The position numbers and the translations under genes are program-made. Positions 13,248 through 15,494 of a DNA stretch of 15,494 bases are shown here, piece by piece. Source of the stretch: a virus. Every line of letters begins with the position of its first letter. Positions within the stretch are counted from its first letter, which is position 1. The DNA lies in the IMG/VR virus record IMGVR_UViG_3300049448_000440; one strand, 5' to 3'. A model generated the notes under the pieces. That model was given only the letters and a program-made list of their open reading frames with translations, did not search any database and was not told where the DNA came from.

Positions 13248-14891
13248 TCAGCTCTTCGCCTTGCGGGACCTGCTCGCCGCCGACGCGTCGTCGGCCACCG
13301 GCGCTGTCCCGGAGACCAGCGCCAGGCCGTTCTCGTCGTTGAACCCGGCGGCCAGGTAGCCGAACAGTCCGGTGTCGACGCCACCGTTGGCGATGTTGAG
13401 TGCCTCGACGCGAAGCGGTGTTCCGGGCAGTTCGTAGACGGTCGCGGCCGGCTTGGCGCCGACGATGACGGTGTCGGCGGGGAACCCGGCGGCGCCGGGC
13501 ACGACGGAGAAGCTGGCGATGGTGCCGTCCTCCAGGCCGAGGGCGAGGTTCAGGTAGGCCAGGACGTCCTCGTTGCGGGTGAGCAGCAGGTCCCGGTAGA
13601 GGTCCTTGGACACGATCGCGAACGTGGGCAGGGCGGTGTCGATGATGGCCAGGGCGCCGTCGACGATGTAGCTGGCGCCCTTGCTGACCCCGGACGGCAC
13701 GGTGCCCGGCGCGACGTAGGGGGCGTTGTCCAGCAGCACGGTGCCGACGACGGCGTCGGACTGCTTGGCGTAGGACTCGGCCATCGCGGCCCAGTAGGAC
13801 GACCAGAACTCCTCGACGTTGAAGTCGCGGAAGATCCGGTCGATGTCGTGGGCGCCGGCGATCCGCTGCGCGTCCAGCACGTAGGGCTCGGTGGTCGCCG
13901 CGTTCGACGGGACGGGCGCCTTGTTCCCGGCGTAGGGGGCGACGGTGGGCTTGACGACCCACTTCCATCCCTTCACCTGCATCGCGGTCAGCGGTGCTGA
14001 GGTGATCAGCGGGATGTAGCGGCGCTGGAACGTGCGGCCGTCCCAGACCTCGCCGAGCCACTGCGGGATCTGCAGGACGTCGTCGACGGATCCGGCGGCG
14101 GGGGTGATGTCGGACAGCGCCGCGAACAGCTGCGTGGAGCGGGGCGATGCCTGCTCGAGGGTCGCGAACAGCCGGCCCTCGCCCTGGGTCCGTCCGGCGC
14201 TCGCGAGCAGCCGGACGATTTCGCGGAACCCGGGTTCGGGGCGGGCGGGGCGCGAGGTCGGCAGCCCGGCCGGCGCGCGGGTGGCGGCCAGCGTGCCCGC
14301 GGCCGCGGTGGTGGTGGTGGACATGTCGGCCTCACTGTCGTCGGTGGTGTCGGGGTCGTCGGTGTCGGGGGTCGTAGCCTCGCTGACCTGCGAGTTGTCG
14401 GTGTCGTCGTCCTCGGTGTCGGTGCTGTCGTCGTCCTCGGTGTCGGTGTCGTCGCCGACGTCGGAGGCTGCCAGCTGCGCGGAGGGGAACGCGGAGTCGA
14501 CGACCGCGGCCGCGCCGACCAGCCGCGCGGACAGCAGGGCGCCGGCGCGGATGACGACGTCGTCGAGCTCGACGCTGGCACCGGTGCGCAGACCGGCGGC
14601 GGCCTCGGCGAGCAGGTCGGTGCCGGCGGTGGTCCCGGCGATCGCGAAGGTGGCGTCCAGGCCGTCGGGGCTCTCGACCAGGGCGATGCCTCGCCCGACG
14701 GGACGGTGCCGGTCGTGCTCGAGGTTCAGCACGACCGCATTGGGCTCGGGCAGCTCGACGGTGCCGGCGGCCGCGGTGATGACGCCGAGGCTGGTGCGCC
14801 CGGCCTCGCCGTAGGGCAGCAGCCGGTAGGTCAGCTGGCGGGTACCGGGGTCGGCGGCGAGCAGGACGCCGGCGGCGCGTAGGTCGGTCAT
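13248..14891 (-). CDS. Prohead protease (HK97 gp4/S78-like) - acidic linker - major capsid protein fusion (547 aa)
   Basis: ATG 14891 has GGAGG 10 nt upstream. Residues 1-135 contain VVLNLEHDRHRPVGRG...ESPDGLDATF...GLRTGASVELDD, a His/Ser protease pattern. Residues ~143-189 are the D/T/E-rich DVGDDTDTEDDDSTDTEDDDTDNS...DDSEAD. The C-terminal ~320 aa look like an HK97-fold capsid protein. No stop separates the domains. Confidence 0.75.
   Translation of the reverse strand: MTDLRAAGVLLAADPGTRQLTYRLLPYGEAGRTSLGVITAAAGTVELPEPNAVVLNLEHDRHRPVGRGIALVESPDGLDATFAIAGTTAGTDLLAEAAAGLRTGASVELDDVVIRAGALLSARLVGAAAVVDSAFPSAQLAASDVGDDTDTEDDDSTDTEDDDTDNSQVSEATTPDTDDPDTTDDSEADMSTTTTAAAGTLAATRAPAGLPTSRPARPEPGFREIVRLLASAGRTQGEGRLFATLEQASPRSTQLFAALSDITPAAGSVDDVLQIPQWLGEVWDGRTFQRRYIPLITSAPLTAMQVKGWKWVVKPTVAPYAGNKAPVPSNAATTEPYVLDAQRIAGAHDIDRIFRDFNVEEFWSSYWAAMAESYAKQSDAVVGTVLLDNAPYVAPGTVPSGVSKGASYIVDGALAIIDTALPTFAIVSKDLYRDLLLTRNEDVLAYLNLALGLEDGTIASFSVVPGAAGFPADTVIVGAKPAATVYELPGTPLRVEALNIANGGVDTGLFGYLAAGFNDENGLALVSGTAPVADDASAASRSRKAKS
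14402..14449. repeat. Tandem 24-bp duplication inside the acidic linker
   Basis: TGTCGTCGTCCTCGGTGTCGGTG occurs at 14402-14424 and again at 14426-14448. It encodes the repeated TDTEDDD peptide. Confidence 0.85.
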
Positions 14892-14896
14892 GGGTG

Positions 14897-15494
14897 TCAG
14901 TCCTCCGTGGTAGGCCCGAACGGCGCCGGCGGGACGGTGGTCAGGTAGGTGGTGTCGAACGCGCAGCGCTGCCCGCGGGGCACGACGTCGTCCATCGACA
15001 GCCGCCCGGAGACCGGGTTGGAGTAGAGGGCTGCGGCGCGGTTCAGCTCGCCCTCTGCGGTCTCGGCGGTGGAGTAGGTCAGCGACGCGGTCGACAGCGA
15101 CGCGTTGAGCGCCTGGGCGGGTAGCCCGGTGTGTGAGGCGATGTCGACGGCGACCGCGTTGCGGGCCTCGATGAGCAGGTCGGTGGTGGCGGTGCCGTGC
15201 GGTTTGAGCTCGATGTTGTAGGGGGTGAACGCGACCGCGCCGTCCGGGTCCGTACGGTTGGCGACCCACGCGTCGATGAGGGCGTCCTGCTCTTCCTCGC
15301 TGAGGGTGTCGTCGGTGGTCTGGTGGATCTCCATGGCGGGGATCGGCGCCGCGACCCGGCGTTGCCACATCAGCTCCTGCAGGCGGGCGCCGAGGATGGT
15401 CTTGCGGGCGCTGGTCAGGATCCCCTCGTGCGGGCCCGGGATCAGCAGCACGGTCTCGGAGTCGACCTCGTCGTTGCCGTCGATCAGGACCGAC
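14897..15494 (-). CDS. Portal protein, C-terminal part (15368-15494 duplicates 1-127)
   Basis: The frame is open to the window end. It contains ...LIEARNAVAVDIASHTGLPAQALNASL..., which is typical of portal clip/wing regions. The stop is at 14897-14899, inside the RBS region of the capsid fusion gene. Confidence 0.8.
   Translation of the reverse strand, partial: SVLIDGNDEVDSETVLLIPGPHEGILTSARKTILGARLQELMWQRRVAAPIPAMEIHQTTDDTLSEEEQDALIDAWVANRTDPDGAVAFTPYNIELKPHGTATTDLLIEARNAVAVDIASHTGLPAQALNASLSTASLTYSTAETAEGELNRAAALYSNPVSGRLSMDDVVPRGQRCAFDTTYLTTVPPAPFGPTTED
15368..15494. repeat. 127-bp exact copy of window bases 1-127 (circular-closure overlap)
   Basis: A base-by-base comparison shows the two segments are identical. 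Confidence 0.95.

Larger units (their letters stand above)
1..15367. mobile_element. Complete circular(ised) ~15.37-kb temperate siphovirus-like phage genome (or excised prophage)
   Basis: Bases 1-127 are identical to 15368-15494, and the portal ORF is continuous and in frame across that junction. A full packaging, head, tail and lysis module is present together with integrase, repressor and a Cro-like gene. Confidence 0.8.

Noticed and set aside
15368-15494. The 127-bp end identity considered as a biological direct terminal repeat or cos-flanking redundancy.
   Set aside because: It falls in the middle of the portal coding sequence, and its length equals a common maximum assembler k-mer. It is most likely a circular-assembly overlap. 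The true termini must be determined from reads.

Overview
High-GC (roughly 70%) actinobacterial-type DNA. The last 127 bp (15368-15494) are identical to the first 127 bp, so the window is one circularly closed 15,367-bp element plus an end overlap. It reads as a complete, very compact temperate siphovirus-like phage genome with about 22 genes. Seventeen consecutive minus-strand genes run from a divergent switch region at 3703-3789, across the circle junction, to 6520. In order they are a Cro/Xis-like HTH, an initiator-like protein with an internal repeat array, a hypothetical, an HNH endonuclease, a tiny ORF, large terminase, portal (split by the window edge), a prohead protease-major capsid fusion, a head-tail connector, a joining protein, major tail protein, a 168-aa protein, tape measure, three minor tail proteins and an amidase endolysin. 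The plus strand carries an XRE repressor, two unknown genes and a tyrosine integrase as one overlap-coupled operon (3790-5796), plus a separate double-HTH gene (6018-6452). The main second-look items are these. (1) A 42-nt 3' half of a tRNA-Arg(CCT) lies inside the 3' end of the repressor gene, consistent with an attP-in-repressor, integration-dependent immunity switch. (2) Seven dyad-symmetric iteron-like repeats lie inside the initiator-like gene and are translated in two different frames, suggesting a lambda-O-style internal origin. (3) Five TGCGY motifs sit at exact 10-bp phasing in the switch region. (4) A perfect 15-bp inverted repeat and hexamer cluster lies where the two transcription units converge. 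(5) I could not recognise a small terminase, a holin or a frameshifted tail chaperone. All functional calls rest on reading the translated ORFs and motifs by eye; no database search was possible.
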